The notes below the pieces were generated by a model that was not told where the DNA came from, did not search any database, and worked only from the letters and a program-made list of their open reading frames with translations. From the NCBI GenBank assembly GCA_963704885.1, contig CAVPIB010000001.1, positions 480,001 through 544,000 on the forward strand: a stretch of DNA of 64,000 bases, given 5' to 3'. How positions within the stretch are numbered: position 1 is the first letter of the stretch; every line of letters begins with the position of its first letter. Positions 40,749 to 51,103 of this stretch are shown here, one piece after another. The DNA is from an uncultured Actinomycetes bacterium. GTDB lineage: Bacteria; Actinomycetota; UBA4738; HRBIN12. Position numbers and translations under genes: made by a program.

Positions 40749-42012
40749 GTGGTCATGACGCACGACACGATGCGGCGGCAACTGCGTGAGCAGCTCCGCG
40801 AACGCGTCGATGCGCGCGGGCTGGCCACAGCGCCGCGCACCGAGCGCCGGCTTCGCGTCCGCGAGGAGGCGCTCTCGCTGCTGCGAGCGAGCGGCGCGAT
40901 CCTCCCGCAGCGCGAGCTGACACGCATGGTCAACGAGGTCTCAGACGAGGTCGTCGGGTTCGGTCCGATCGAGTTCCTGTTGAAGGACCCGAGCGTGACC
41001 GAGGTCATGGTCAATGGACCCGACGACGTGTACGTGGAGCGGGAGGGGCGGATCGAAAGGGCGCCGGATGGCTCTATTCGAGGGGGAGGAGGCCGTCCTG
41101 CATCTGATCGAGCGGATCGTGGGACCCCTGGGTCTTCGGGTCGACGAATCATCGCCTTGGGCGGATGCGCGACTTCCGGAGGGCAGCCGGGTCCATGCGA
41201 TCATCCCGCCTCTCTCGCTCCGCGGTCCCGTGCTCACCATCCGCAAGTTCTCTCCGGTCCCGATCACGGCGGAGGACCTGGTCGCCGGTGGGAGCATCGG
41301 GCCGCGCATGCTGGCGTTCCTATCCGCCTGCGTCCGCGGACGGACGAACGTGATCGTCTCCGGTGGCGCGGGAACGGGCAAGACCACCATGCTCGGCGTC
41401 CTTTCGGCGTTCATCCCCGATGAGGAACGCTTGGTCACGATCGAGGACGCCGCGGAGCTTCGGCTGGCGAAACCGCACGTCATCTCTTTGGAGGCACGCC
41501 CCGCGAACGTCGAGGGCAAGGGCGAGGTCACCGTCCGCGATCTGGTCCGCAACGCCCTCAGGATGCGGCCCGACCGCATCATCGTCGGTGAGGTCCGTGG
41601 CGGCGAGGCGTTGGACATGCTGCAGGCCATGAACACAGGACACGAAGGCTCGCTCTCGACCGCCCACGCGAACTCCACCCGACATCTGCTCTGGCGGCTG
41701 GAGACCATGGCGATGATGTCGGACGTCAACCTCCCCGCGGCGCACATCCGAAATCAGGTGTGTGCCGCCGTCGATGTCATAGTCCATCTCGCGCGTCTGC
41801 GTGGCGGCCGCAGGGTCGTGTGGGAGGTGGCCGCGGTCGAAGGGACCCGTCGCGCAGAGCCGGTGGTCACGCCGCTCTTCCGGTTCCGGTCGCGGATGGG
41901 AGAGGCCGGCGGCTTCGAAGCGACCGGTTCGATCCCTCAGCTGTCGTCGGCACTCGCGGATCGAGGAGAGCTCGTGCCGGACGGCTTGTTCGAGGCGGGC
42001 CTCGACCGATGA
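40749..42012 (+). CDS. tadA: Tad pilus secretion ATPase TadA/CpaF (+1 frameshift at ~41070)
   Basis: GFGPIEFLLKDPSVTEVMVNG, then SGGAGTGKTT, TIEDAAEL, LRMRPDRIIVGEVRG and AMNTGH in the next frame. Confidence 0.93.
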
Positions 42013-42827
42013 TCGTGGCCCCGGTCCTGGTCGCGATCGCAGGCCTTCTGGCAGCGCTGGCGATCCGCGCCGCCGATCGGGCGCTCATCCTCGACCGCTA
42101 CGGGCGACTTGCTGTGGAACCTCGGCATCGACCCAGGCACTTGACGCCGCCGGGATCGGAGTGGAGGTGGTGGCCGCTCATCGGGTTCGCCGTCGGATGG
42201 GTGCTCGGCGGGGTGGTCACGGCCGGGTCGGCGGCGGTCGGGGTTGCCGTGGGCGCCGCGAGCGTCCGGCGTCGGCGCACCGCCCGTCTGGCCGTGACGG
42301 TCGACGCGCAGCTGGCAGATGCCGTGCGCTCGCTCGCGGCGGGCATGCGTGCGGGACTCTCCGTGGAGCAGGCGCTCGCCTACGCGGCGACGGAGGGTGA
42401 ACCACCCCTCGGAGACGCCTTCCAGCGGATCGTCGACGGCGTCGGGCTGGGTGGCACGCTCGACGCCGCGCTTGAGGCGTGGGCGACCGAGGTCGGAACC
42501 GACGACGCCCGGCTCGTGGTCGGTGTGCTCGGACTTCACCGGCGGACGGGAGGCGATCTCCCGCGGGTGCTCGACCAGGTCGCCATAACCCTACGAGAAC
42601 GAACCTCTGCTGCGCGGGAGGTTCGAGCGCTCACGGCCCAAGCCCGGCTCTCGGGCGCGATCCTCGGCCTCCTCCCAGTAGGCTTCTTCGCCTTCCTGTG
42701 GCTGACCTCGCGCTCCGAGATCGAAGGGGCGTTCCGGTCGCCGATAGGGATCACAGCCCTTCTGATAGGCGTGGTGCTCGAAACCGCGGCGTTCTTCTGG
42801 ATCCGCAAGTTGCTCGAGGTCGCATGA
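42009..42827 (+). CDS. tadB: TadB (T2SS F family) membrane protein
   Basis: QLADAVRSLAAGMRAG...TGGDL...VRALTAQARLS; ATGA-coupled to tadA. Confidence 0.9.
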   Translation: MIVAPVLVAIAGLLAALAIRAADRALILDRYGRLAVEPRHRPRHLTPPGSEWRWWPLIGFAVGWVLGGVVTAGSAAVGVAVGAASVRRRRTARLAVTVDAQLADAVRSLAAGMRAGLSVEQALAYAATEGEPPLGDAFQRIVDGVGLGGTLDAALEAWATEVGTDDARLVVGVLGLHRRTGGDLPRVLDQVAITLRERTSAAREVRALTAQARLSGAILGLLPVGFFAFLWLTSRSEIEGAFRSPIGITALLIGVVLETAAFFWIRKLLEVA

Positions 42828-43588
42828 GGTTGCTTCCGTGGATGGCGCCGCTCATCGCGACGGCGGCGATGGTCGCGGGGCTCGGCGCCGCGGCGGTACG
42901 AGCAGGCTCCGGTCCGCTCGAGGGGTTGCTGCTCCCCTCAGCCGCTGGAGCCACCCGCGGGGGTCGATGGGGCGCGCGAAAGGCGCTCGGCCCCGCCGCG
43001 AAGCGACGCCTCGGGGGCATCGTCGGTCTGGTCTTTGGGCTCGCCCTCCCGTTCCCGGGAGTCTTGCTCGCGCCGATCCTGTGTGGGGTCGGTTACCGCA
43101 TCCCGTCCATCCTCGAGGGGCGCGCCCAGCGTCGGCGACGAGCGGCCATGGACGCGCAGGTCCCGCAGCTCCTTGATCTTCTCGCCGCCGCGTCCTCGGC
43201 GGGGCTGTCGGGGCAGCTCTCACTGCGGCGAGCCGTGGAGGCGCTGGGTGGTCCGCTCGCTGCCGAGCTCAGCGGCGTCCTGGACGCCGTCGACCTGGGA
43301 TCGCCCTGGCGAGAGGAGCTCGCGCTAACCGCCGCACGACTCGGGATCCCCGACCTACGGCGAACGGTCGCCGCGTTGTCGCGAACCGAGACCCTGGGAG
43401 CCTCGCTCGCAGACTCGACCGCCGAACTCGCCGCATCGGTCCGGGAAGCGCGCCGGGCGGCCATCACGGAGCGGGCGCGAACCGCCCCCGTGAAGATGCT
43501 CTTCCCGTTGGTGTTCCTCGTCCTCCCCGCGTTCCTCCTCCTAACGGTGGTCCCAGTGTTGCTCACCACCGTGCAGTCCATCAGCTGA
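42824..43588 (+). CDS. tadC: TadC (T2SS F family) membrane protein
   Basis: PQLLDLLAA...AGLS and APVKMLFPLVFLVLPA motifs. Confidence 0.9.
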   Translation: MRLLPWMAPLIATAAMVAGLGAAAVRAGSGPLEGLLLPSAAGATRGGRWGARKALGPAAKRRLGGIVGLVFGLALPFPGVLLAPILCGVGYRIPSILEGRAQRRRRAAMDAQVPQLLDLLAAASSAGLSGQLSLRRAVEALGGPLAAELSGVLDAVDLGSPWREELALTAARLGIPDLRRTVAALSRTETLGASLADSTAELAASVREARRAAITERARTAPVKMLFPLVFLVLPAFLLLTVVPVLLTTVQSIS

Positions 43589-43602
43589 GAGGAGGTGAAC
43601 GA

Positions 43603-43809
43603 ATGCTGTTGCTCTACTCCTTGTTGTTCCGTGCGCGGGCAAGGCTCTCGCGACAGGAAGGGCAGACGACCGCTGAGTACGCGCTCGTGATCCTGGCCGC
43701 CGCCGCCGTGGCCGTCGTGCTGATCGCGTGGGCGCACTCGTCGGGCAAGCTCCCGGCGTTCTTCGACCACATCATCGACAACGTCACCGGGAATGCCGAC
43801 GCGGCCTGA
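43603..43809 (+). CDS. Flp-type (type IVc) pilin, DUF4244-like
   Basis: G|QTTAEYAL prepilin motif plus hydrophobic helix; RBS GGAGG. Confidence 0.9.
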   Translation: MLLLYSLLFRARARLSRQEGQTTAEYALVILAAAAVAVVLIAWAHSSGKLPAFFDHIIDNVTGNADAA

Positions 43810-44185
43810 TCGCGGGCAGACCGGGAGCGCGGTCGTGGAGTTCGCCATGGTGCTGCCGCTCGTCCTGGTCGTCGCGCTCGCACTCGTCCAGGTTGGGGTG
43901 CTGGTGAGGGACCAGCTGATGGTGGAGGCTGCGGCGCGCGCTGGAGCGCGCGCCGCAGCGGTGGAGGCCGATCCCGCGGCGATCGGGGCGGCGGCCCTGG
44001 CCGCCGCCCCTGACCTGGACCCGGCGGCCACCACCGTTCTGGTTGATCGCACGGGCGGTCAAGGGGATCCGGTGACAGTGGCGATCGGCTACGACGAGTT
44101 CGTCAACGTTCCTCTGATCGGTTGGCTGTTCGGGGCGTCGATCCATATGGATGCGCGAGCCACCGATCGCCAGGAGTTCGCGTGA
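43793..44185 (+). CDS. tadE: TadE-like minor pilin
   Basis: G|SAVVEFAMVLP...AARAGARAA. Confidence 0.9.
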   Translation: MPTRPDRGQTGSAVVEFAMVLPLVLVVALALVQVGVLVRDQLMVEAAARAGARAAAVEADPAAIGAAALAAAPDLDPAATTVLVDRTGGQGDPVTVAIGYDEFVNVPLIGWLFGASIHMDARATDRQEFA

Positions 44186-44578
44186 GGCGGGAGCGCGGAT
44201 CCGTGTCCGTGGTGACCGCGGCCGTCGTCTTGCTGGCGCTCGTCCTGTCCTTGGGTGTCGCCGACGTAGCGCACGTGTTGGTGGCGCGCAGCCGGGCTCG
44301 GACCGCGGCGGACGCGGCCGCGCTGGCGGTGGCTCAGGATCTGGTCATCCCGTCGGGGGCGGAACTCGGCCGACATCGCCGCCGACTACGCGGCACGCAA
44401 CGGAGCCCAGTTGTCTTCGTGCGTCTGCGAGCCGGGCTCCCTCGAGGCCACGGTCACGGTGTCGATCGATGTCGATGGATTCCTGCTGGTCGCGGGGCCA
44501 CGCACGGTCCAGGCTCGTGCCCGTGCCGTCGTGGACCTTCCCGAGCCGGCCGCTCAGGTTCCCTCGTCGGGCTCCTGA
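44182..44578 (+). CDS. Rv3654c-like TadE/TadG minor pilin (+1 frameshift at ~44365)
   Basis: ERGSVSV..RARTAADAAALA, continuing as YAARNGAQLSSCVC...ARARA in the shifted frame. Confidence 0.82.
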
Positions 44579-44637
44579 CGGCCTTCTTCGCGTTCGGACT
44601 GAAGGTTCGCGCCCGAGTGGCCGAAGACGTCTGTGGG

Positions 44638-47124
44638 ATGAGGGTTCGCAGGGGTCGCATCACATTGGTCTCCGCCGCGCTGCTTTGCGGCCTGTTGCCG
44701 ATGGCAACCGTGGGGCCCAGCGCATCGGCGGCAGGCACTCCCGAGAGGTCTGCAAACGCCAAGCGCCCCAACATCTTGCTGCTGATCAGCGATGACCAGG
44801 CGTGGTCCGTGTTCAACCCAACGCTGATGCCCACCGTCTACTCTGAGCTGGTTGACAAGGGCGTCTTGTTCAAGCGGGCGTACGTGAACACGTCGCTCTG
44901 CTGCCCCTCGCGGGCGCAGATCATGACGGGTCTGTACGAGCACAACACCGGCGTGGACGCGAACGAGATCCAACTGGAGCGGCCCACCTTGCCGATGGCC
45001 CTGCAGGACGCCGGCTACCGCACCATGCTCTCGGGCAAGTACCTGAACAGTTGGCCGTGCCAGCCGCGCGCCGAGTTCGACCGCTGGGTCTGCACCAGCA
45101 CCCCGAACCCGTCAACCACGGCGCTCACCAACCCATGGGTCAACGTCGACGGCGCGTGGGCGCAGTACCACGGCTATCAGCCCGATGTACTGGCCTCCTA
45201 TGTCACGGACTTCATCCAGGACACACCGGCGGACCAGCCGTTCTTCGTGATGTACTCGCCGACCAGCCCGCATCTGCCGGCCGACGACCCGCGCTACGAC
45301 TGGATGACGGTCAAGCCTCCTCGCGGCAAGACGTTCGACGCGAACACCATGAACCGCGGCACACCTCAGTACGCGCGCCGGCCCTCCCTCAGCTCCGCCG
45401 AGATCGCCACCTCCGACGAGAAGTACCAGCCTATGGCTCGTGCGACCCGTTCGCTGGACGACGCCGTCGGCACCATGTTGGCCTCGCTCGGCGACCGTTC
45501 CCGCGACACGCTGGTCATCTACTTCTCGGACAACGGATTCCTGTATGGAGAACACCGCCGTTTCGGCAAGAACGACCCGTGGGAGGAGTCGGTCAAGGTC
45601 CCTATGGTCGTCCGCTACCCGGCGGTGCTGCCCGAGGATCAGTCCTTCGTTACCAACGCCTTGGTGCAGAACGTGGACATCGCGCCCACGATCGCCGACC
45701 TGGCCGGCCTGTCCTGGGGAGCGGACGGGAAGTCGTTCCTGCCGATCCTGAAGGGCACGAAGCATGCCGTGCGCCCCGCAGCCTTGATCGAGCATTGTCG
45801 CGGCGTCTCTCAGGGGACGCTCGGTTGCTCCGGTCTGACTTTCGACGGAGGCAGGGTCAACACGCCGGGATTCGAGGGCATCGTCACGCCCCGCTATAAG
45901 TACATCGAGTTCGACGACGGCTCCGTCCAGTTGCTGGACCTGAAACAGGATCCGGAGGAGCTACACGGCCTTCCCCTGAACACTCGCGCGTCCAACGGCC
46001 GCTCGACTCGGGCATCCAGCCTGCAACGGCAGCTCTCGACTCGCCTGAGGAACCTGATGCGTCCCCCGCTGAAGACAACGATCGCCACTGGTCCTGGACC
46101 CTCGCTCTCTGCGCGCGTGGCCGCCTTCACCTACTTCTCGCCGTCGCGGTTCTCCAACTACCGGTGCCGCTTGGTCCGCGACGGCACACCCGATCCCTGG
46201 CGGGCCTGTCCCGGCGAGTTCTACGCCGTGGGCGATCTGGCCGATGGGCACTACGTCTTCCAGGTGGAGGGGATATCCGAGAGCGGGCGCATCGACAAGA
46301 CGCCGGCCTCTCGTGAGTTCGACGTGGCCACCGTGGGCGGTCCCGACGTCCAGATCACTTCCCATCCGGTCCTCTCCCAGGCATCGTCGACCGCCGCGTT
46401 CACCTACGCAAGCAGCCTGGCCGGGGCCGAGTTCCAGTGCCGACTGGCGCTGTGGGGAACCGAGAAGCCTTGGGCCCCATGCGATCCTGCGGGGACCTCG
46501 TTCGGCGGGCTGGCGGACGGAGGCTACCGCTTCGAGGTCGTGGCGCGGGATCCGGTCACCGGCGAGCTCAGCGATCCGGCAGCCGGATGGTTCTTCCGTG
46601 TGGACACCACAGGGCCCACGGTCGTCTTCTCTTCCGCTCCCTCCAACTCCACCCGCCGGGAAAGCGCCGCCTTCCGCTTCGCTCCTACGGAGGTCATGAG
46701 CGGCGGTTTCAAGTGCACCGTCGATCACAAGTCGGTCGGGTGCTCGAAGGGACATCTCGTGTTGAAGAAGGTCAAGAACGGAACCCATTCGTTGGAGGTC
46801 TCCGCCACCGACAGGTTGGGCAACGTCAGCCTCACGGCCTACGAGTGGACCGTCGACCGCTCGGCGCCGAAGGTGCAGATCCTGTCCGGTCCCTCGCACG
46901 TCACGAGCGACCCCGACGCGCGGTTCGATCTGTGGTCCAACTCCAACCCGGGCCTGTTCGTGTGTCAGCTGGACGACCTGCCGATCATGCCGTGCTTCAC
47001 GGCGCCAGAGCTGAACGGGCTGGCAGACGGTGCCCACCAGCTGGTGGTCTGGGCCTACGACGTAGCGATGAACCGGTCCCAACCCGCGGACTACCACTGG
47101 ACCGTCAACACCGTCGGGTTCTAG
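44638..47124 (+). CDS. Exported sulfatase with C-terminal Ig-like repeats (paralog of 14525-17281)
   Basis: Signal peptide; PNILLLISDDQ, CCPSR, GKYLN and YFSDNG motifs; same domain order as the paralog. Confidence 0.92.
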   Translation: MRVRRGRITLVSAALLCGLLPMATVGPSASAAGTPERSANAKRPNILLLISDDQAWSVFNPTLMPTVYSELVDKGVLFKRAYVNTSLCCPSRAQIMTGLYEHNTGVDANEIQLERPTLPMALQDAGYRTMLSGKYLNSWPCQPRAEFDRWVCTSTPNPSTTALTNPWVNVDGAWAQYHGYQPDVLASYVTDFIQDTPADQPFFVMYSPTSPHLPADDPRYDWMTVKPPRGKTFDANTMNRGTPQYARRPSLSSAEIATSDEKYQPMARATRSLDDAVGTMLASLGDRSRDTLVIYFSDNGFLYGEHRRFGKNDPWEESVKVPMVVRYPAVLPEDQSFVTNALVQNVDIAPTIADLAGLSWGADGKSFLPILKGTKHAVRPAALIEHCRGVSQGTLGCSGLTFDGGRVNTPGFEGIVTPRYKYIEFDDGSVQLLDLKQDPEELHGLPLNTRASNGRSTRASSLQRQLSTRLRNLMRPPLKTTIATGPGPSLSARVAAFTYFSPSRFSNYRCRLVRDGTPDPWRACPGEFYAVGDLADGHYVFQVEGISESGRIDKTPASREFDVATVGGPDVQITSHPVLSQASSTAAFTYASSLAGAEFQCRLALWGTEKPWAPCDPAGTSFGGLADGGYRFEVVARDPVTGELSDPAAGWFFRVDTTGPTVVFSSAPSNSTRRESAAFRFAPTEVMSGGFKCTVDHKSVGCSKGHLVLKKVKNGTHSLEVSATDRLGNVSLTAYEWTVDRSAPKVQILSGPSHVTSDPDARFDLWSNSNPGLFVCQLDDLPIMPCFTAPELNGLADGAHQLVVWAYDVAMNRSQPADYHWTVNTVGF

Positions 47125-47125
47125 C

Positions 47126-47548
47126 TCACTCCAGCTCTTCGCTCCGCGGGTCGCGAACCACGGCCGGCCTGTAGTCGGGGGCGCTCCTTGCCACCAGGAA
47201 CTCGATCGCGCCCCACAGCCCTTTCGATCGTGGATAGAAGAGCAGCGGCATCACCACGAAGATCGCGGCGCTCGCCCCGAGCAACGGGACCACGGGCACG
47301 TCCGGGACGGTGAGGATCAACACGAAGACCAGTACGCATATCCACACCACCACCCCGACCGAGTAGTTGATCGCCATGGCGCCCAGGAAGCCGCCCTCCT
47401 GCTGCTCGAAACGCAGGTCGCACCTGGGGCAGCGGTCCCTCAGCCGCAGTCGCGAGACGAAGATGCGTCGGTCACCACAGCGGGGACAGCGCTTGCGCAG
47501 TCCCCGGAGCAACACCGTCGCAGCGCCTGCCTCCGGCAGGCGCTGCAC
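47126..47548 (-). CDS. DUF983 family membrane protein
   Basis: CPRCG...CPRC plus two TM helices and PRSKGLW. Confidence 0.85.
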   Translation of the reverse strand: MQRLPEAGAATVLLRGLRKRCPRCGDRRIFVSRLRLRDRCPRCDLRFEQQEGGFLGAMAINYSVGVVVWICVLVFVLILTVPDVPVVPLLGASAAIFVVMPLLFYPRSKGLWGAIEFLVARSAPDYRPAVVRDPRSEELE

Positions 47549-47591
47549 CCCGGCCCCTGGCCTGGCGGGCGGGTCCAGCGCGCCGTAAGGG

Positions 47592-48287
47592 TTACTCGTG
47601 GTGTACCGCCCAGAACTTCTCGACCGGGGTGTGCGCCCGCCATACGCCCTTCGAGCCGACCGGCGTGACCAACACGTCTCCTGCCCCGGCGCGGAGGGTG
47701 TCGGAGCCGTCCTGCTCGATGTCGATGTCGCCTTCGATCAAGCAGGCCACCTCGTTGTATGCCAGCTCGAACCCACCGGTCTCGGGGACGCGCTTCCAGA
47801 CGCCGGTCGAGAACCTGCCGTCGGCGTTGCGCCACGCGTACCACTCCTGGCCGGGTGGGTTCGTGTCGCCGGGCGGGTTCTCCAAGGTGACCCATTCCAC
47901 CGGATCGTCGCGTCCGATCACGCGCACGGCGGTGTCGCCGACGGTGGCGCCCGAGTAGATCGCGTAGAACTTCGTAAGCGTCTGGTTGATGTGCCATGTC
48001 CCCTTCGAGCCGTTCGGGGTGACCAGCACGTCGCCCGGTCCTACCTCGAGCGTGCCGCCGTCGGTCTCGATCCCGGCCGCGCCCTCCAGGATGTAAGCGA
48101 CCTCGTCGTAGGGCCGTTCGAACGACCACGTATCGGGCTCGCGTTCCCAGAAGCCGCATGTGAAAGACCCATCCGCAGACGTGAAGGCAGAGCGCTCACG
48201 ACCCCCCGACGGTATCTGACCGGGGGGATCGACGAGCGGTGTCCAAGTCGTTCGATCGGTGCTGCCGACCAGGCTGATCCCGTCCAT
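47592..48287 (-). CDS. Tandem cupin (DUF861/cupin_3-like) protein
   Basis: Two GxW...E..Y/C.LEG...GDVLVTP.GSKG.W units. Confidence 0.88.
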   Translation of the reverse strand: MDGISLVGSTDRTTWTPLVDPPGQIPSGGRERSAFTSADGSFTCGFWEREPDTWSFERPYDEVAYILEGAAGIETDGGTLEVGPGDVLVTPNGSKGTWHINQTLTKFYAIYSGATVGDTAVRVIGRDDPVEWVTLENPPGDTNPPGQEWYAWRNADGRFSTGVWKRVPETGGFELAYNEVACLIEGDIDIEQDGSDTLRAGAGDVLVTPVGSKGVWRAHTPVEKFWAVHHE

Positions 48288-48407
48288 GACCGCTCCCTCG
48301 CTCGTTCATCCCCGCAGCGCGTCTCGGGTGAGGCCCACGAGCCTACCCAACGTCGTACGACCGACGGCGGGTCCCTGCGTCGGGGACCCGGGGTAGACTT
48401 GCCCACC

Positions 48408-48812
48408 ATGGCAGCCAAGCGCACGCCGCTCCGCAAGAGCCGTCGCTCCGAGCTCGGGGTGATCGACTACACGCTGGCCAAACGGGCGCTGCTCCGCGAC
48501 GCGCGTGTCGGGGTGCTGGGACTCACGGATATCTGCGACGCGCATCCTGAGCTCATGCGCGCCGCGCGGCACGTGGGCGAGCCCACGCGCAACGACTGCC
48601 CGGTCTGCGGCAAGGAGAAGCTCGTCCTGTTGGCGTACGTGTACGGCGAGGGACTCAAGGCCGACAGCGGTCGGGTCTGGTCGATCGAGACGGGGCTGAA
48701 GCTCGCTGCCGCCCACCCTGGGGCGTGCTGCTACGTGGTCGAGGTTTGCCGGACCTGCCACTGGAACCACCTGCGCGAGGCGTTCACGGCTCGACGCACG
48801 GCAGCCGTCTGA
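48408..48812 (+). CDS. DUF5318 family protein (Rv0049-like)
   Basis: [27 protein letters not shown] and [14 protein letters not shown]; TAGACT -10 box 8 nt before ATG (probably leaderless). Confidence 0.9.
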   Translation: MAAKRTPLRKSRRSELGVIDYTLAKRALLRDARVGVLGLTDICDAHPELMRAARHVGEPTRNDCPVCGKEKLVLLAYVYGEGLKADSGRVWSIETGLKLAAAHPGACCYVVEVCRTCHWNHLREAFTARRTAAV

Positions 48813-48889
48813 CTCGCACTTCGGTTCGGCACAGGAACGCCACCCGACCGGCGCGGTTCTATCGTGGGGTCCCGATAGAATCTCCAGTC

Positions 48890-51103
48890 GTGTCTGTCGA
48901 CACCAGTCCCAAGGCGAAGAGGGGTCGTACCTATACCCCCAGACACACTCACCTGAAGAACGGCAAGCCGAAGAAGGGCTTCTTCCGCCGGTTCTGGTGG
49001 GTGCTGATCGCCTTGCCCGTGCTGGTCGTGGTAGCCGGCGCCGGAGCCCTCGTCTACACCTACACCCAGATCGAGCTGCCTAAGACACTGCCTCCGATCC
49101 AGTCCACGTATCTGTACGACCGCAACGGCACCTTGCTCGTGGCCCTCCACGGCGCGGTCGACCGGACGATCATCTCGTTCGACCAGATGCCGCAGAACCT
49201 GCGCGACGCGGTCATCGCCGTGGAGGACCACGACTTCTACAACCATCCGGGGATCGACCCGGTGGGGATCATCCGCGCCGCCTGGACCGACCTGGTCAAG
49301 CACGAGACCGTCCAAGGTGGCTCCACGATCACCCAGCAGTTGGTGAAGACCGTCTATGCCGGGAGCTACGTGGAGCTGCCCGATGGCACGGTCGAGTACA
49401 CGCAGCCGCCGCGAACCGTCAAGGAGAAGATCCGCGAGGCGTTGCTGGCGGTCAAGCTGGAGAAGACGCTCACCAAGGATCAGATCCTGACCCGCTACCT
49501 GAACACGATCTATCTAGGGCACGGTGCATACGGCGCCCAGGCGGCAGCCCAGACCTACTGGGGGATCGACGCGAGCGATCTGAGCGTCAAGCAGTCCGCC
49601 ACGCTGGCCGGGTTGATCTCGTCGCCGTCGCTCTACGATCCGATCAACAACCCGGATGGGTCCAAGCTCCGTCGCGATTACGCGCTCGACCAGATGGTCC
49701 GCTACGGCTACCTGGATCGAACGCAGGCGGACCACATCCAGGAGGGGAAGGTGCTCACCCATCCGAGGAAGGAGGTGATCAACACACCGGCGAACTCCGA
49801 GTACTTCGTGGACTTCACCAAGCGGTACCTGATCCACAAGTACGGCGGAGCCAACGTCTTCGGCGGCGGATACCGGGTGACGACGTCGCTCGACCTGGGG
49901 TTGCAGCGCGCGGCGGAGGCTGCGGTGGCGTCCCACCTCCCGAGCCCCGACGACCCCGAGGGCGCCCTGGTGGCGATCGACCCCAGCAACGGACAGATCC
50001 TCGCCATGGTGGGCGGGCGCGACTTCCAGAAGTCCCAGGTGAACCTGGCCGTGTCGGGTCTGCGGCTGGGCGCTACCTATTTCGGCGGCACGGGTCGCCA
50101 ATCCGGCTCGTCGTTCAAGGCGTTCACCCTGGCGGCCGCCATGAACGAGGGCTATAACCTCAACGCCTACTGGCAGGGGCCGGCCTCCATAACCATCCCC
50201 AGCACCGACTGCTACACGGACGGCGCCCCTTGGCAGCTGTCGAACGCCTCGGACTCGGAGGCGGGGACGTTCAGCCTGCTGTCAGCGACCGCGCACTCGG
50301 TGAACACGGTGTTCGCGCAGGTGGCCGCGCAACTCGGGCCTCAGAAGGTGGTGGACATGGCGCGTCTGCTCGGCATCCGGAGCACGCTGCAGCCGGTCTG
50401 CTCCATCACGCTCGGCGTGGAGGCCGTTAACCCGCTGGAGATGACCAACGCGTACGCCACGCTGGCAGAGCGCGGCGTACGTCATTACGCGACCCCGCTC
50501 GTCCAACTCACCAACCGCAACGGCCGCGAGATCGACGACGTGAACTCGCGCCCCAAGCAGGTCCTGGCCACGAACGACGCCGACCTGGTCACCACCGCGT
50601 TGCAGGCCGTGATAACGGGCGGCACGGGGGGCGCCGCCTACATCGGCCGGCCCGCTGCCGGCAAGACCGGAACCGCCCAGGAGTACGTCGACGCCTGGTT
50701 CTGCGGCTACACGCCGCAGCTAGCCACATGTGTGTGGGTGGGCTACCCGGAGGGTGAGATCCCCATGACGAGCGTCCAGGGTGTCTCGCCGGTCTTCGGC
50801 GGCACGATCCCCGCCGCCATCTGGCGGGACTTCATGACGGTCGCCATGGAAGGCCAACCGGTGGAGTCGTTCGCCGTGCCGTCGTACGAGGGCCACACGA
50901 TCGGACCGCAGACGCCGGTGCCCTCCCCGACGCCGAGCCCCAGCCCGACGCCCTCGGAGTCACCGTCGCCCGAGCCGACGCCCTCGGAGTCACCGTCGCC
51001 CGAGCCGACGCCCTCGGACTCGCCGTCGCCGGAGCCGACGGAGAGCCCGACCCCGACGCCCAGTCCGACCCCGACGCCGATCAGGGGGCGTCGTTCACGC
51101 TGA
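48890..51103 (+). CDS. ponA: Class A penicillin-binding protein (PonA/PBP1A) with Pro/Ser/Thr tail
   Basis: EDHDFYNH and [12 protein letters not shown] (transglycosylase); SSFK, SVN and KTG (transpeptidase). Confidence 0.95.
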   Translation: MSVDTSPKAKRGRTYTPRHTHLKNGKPKKGFFRRFWWVLIALPVLVVVAGAGALVYTYTQIELPKTLPPIQSTYLYDRNGTLLVALHGAVDRTIISFDQMPQNLRDAVIAVEDHDFYNHPGIDPVGIIRAAWTDLVKHETVQGGSTITQQLVKTVYAGSYVELPDGTVEYTQPPRTVKEKIREALLAVKLEKTLTKDQILTRYLNTIYLGHGAYGAQAAAQTYWGIDASDLSVKQSATLAGLISSPSLYDPINNPDGSKLRRDYALDQMVRYGYLDRTQADHIQEGKVLTHPRKEVINTPANSEYFVDFTKRYLIHKYGGANVFGGGYRVTTSLDLGLQRAAEAAVASHLPSPDDPEGALVAIDPSNGQILAMVGGRDFQKSQVNLAVSGLRLGATYFGGTGRQSGSSFKAFTLAAAMNEGYNLNAYWQGPASITIPSTDCYTDGAPWQLSNASDSEAGTFSLLSATAHSVNTVFAQVAAQLGPQKVVDMARLLGIRSTLQPVCSITLGVEAVNPLEMTNAYATLAERGVRHYATPLVQLTNRNGREIDDVNSRPKQVLATNDADLVTTALQAVITGGTGGAAYIGRPAAGKTGTAQEYVDAWFCGYTPQLATCVWVGYPEGEIPMTSVQGVSPVFGGTIPAAIWRDFMTVAMEGQPVESFAVPSYEGHTIGPQTPVPSPTPSPSPTPSESPSPEPTPSESPSPEPTPSDSPSPEPTESPTPTPSPTPTPIRGRRSR
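50945..51040 (+). repeat. 30-bp tandem repeat (~3 copies) encoding [10 protein letters not shown]
   Basis: CCGACGCCCTCGGAGTCACCGTCGCCCGAG twice exactly, plus a variant third copy. Confidence 0.9.

Noticed and set aside
44122-47124. 1000-aa ORF that looks like a pilin-sulfatase fusion
   Set aside because: It is created by the +1 at ~44365. The pilin's true C-terminus is in another frame (stop 44578), the apparent linker is non-protein-like, and the sulfatase has its own signal peptide from 44638.
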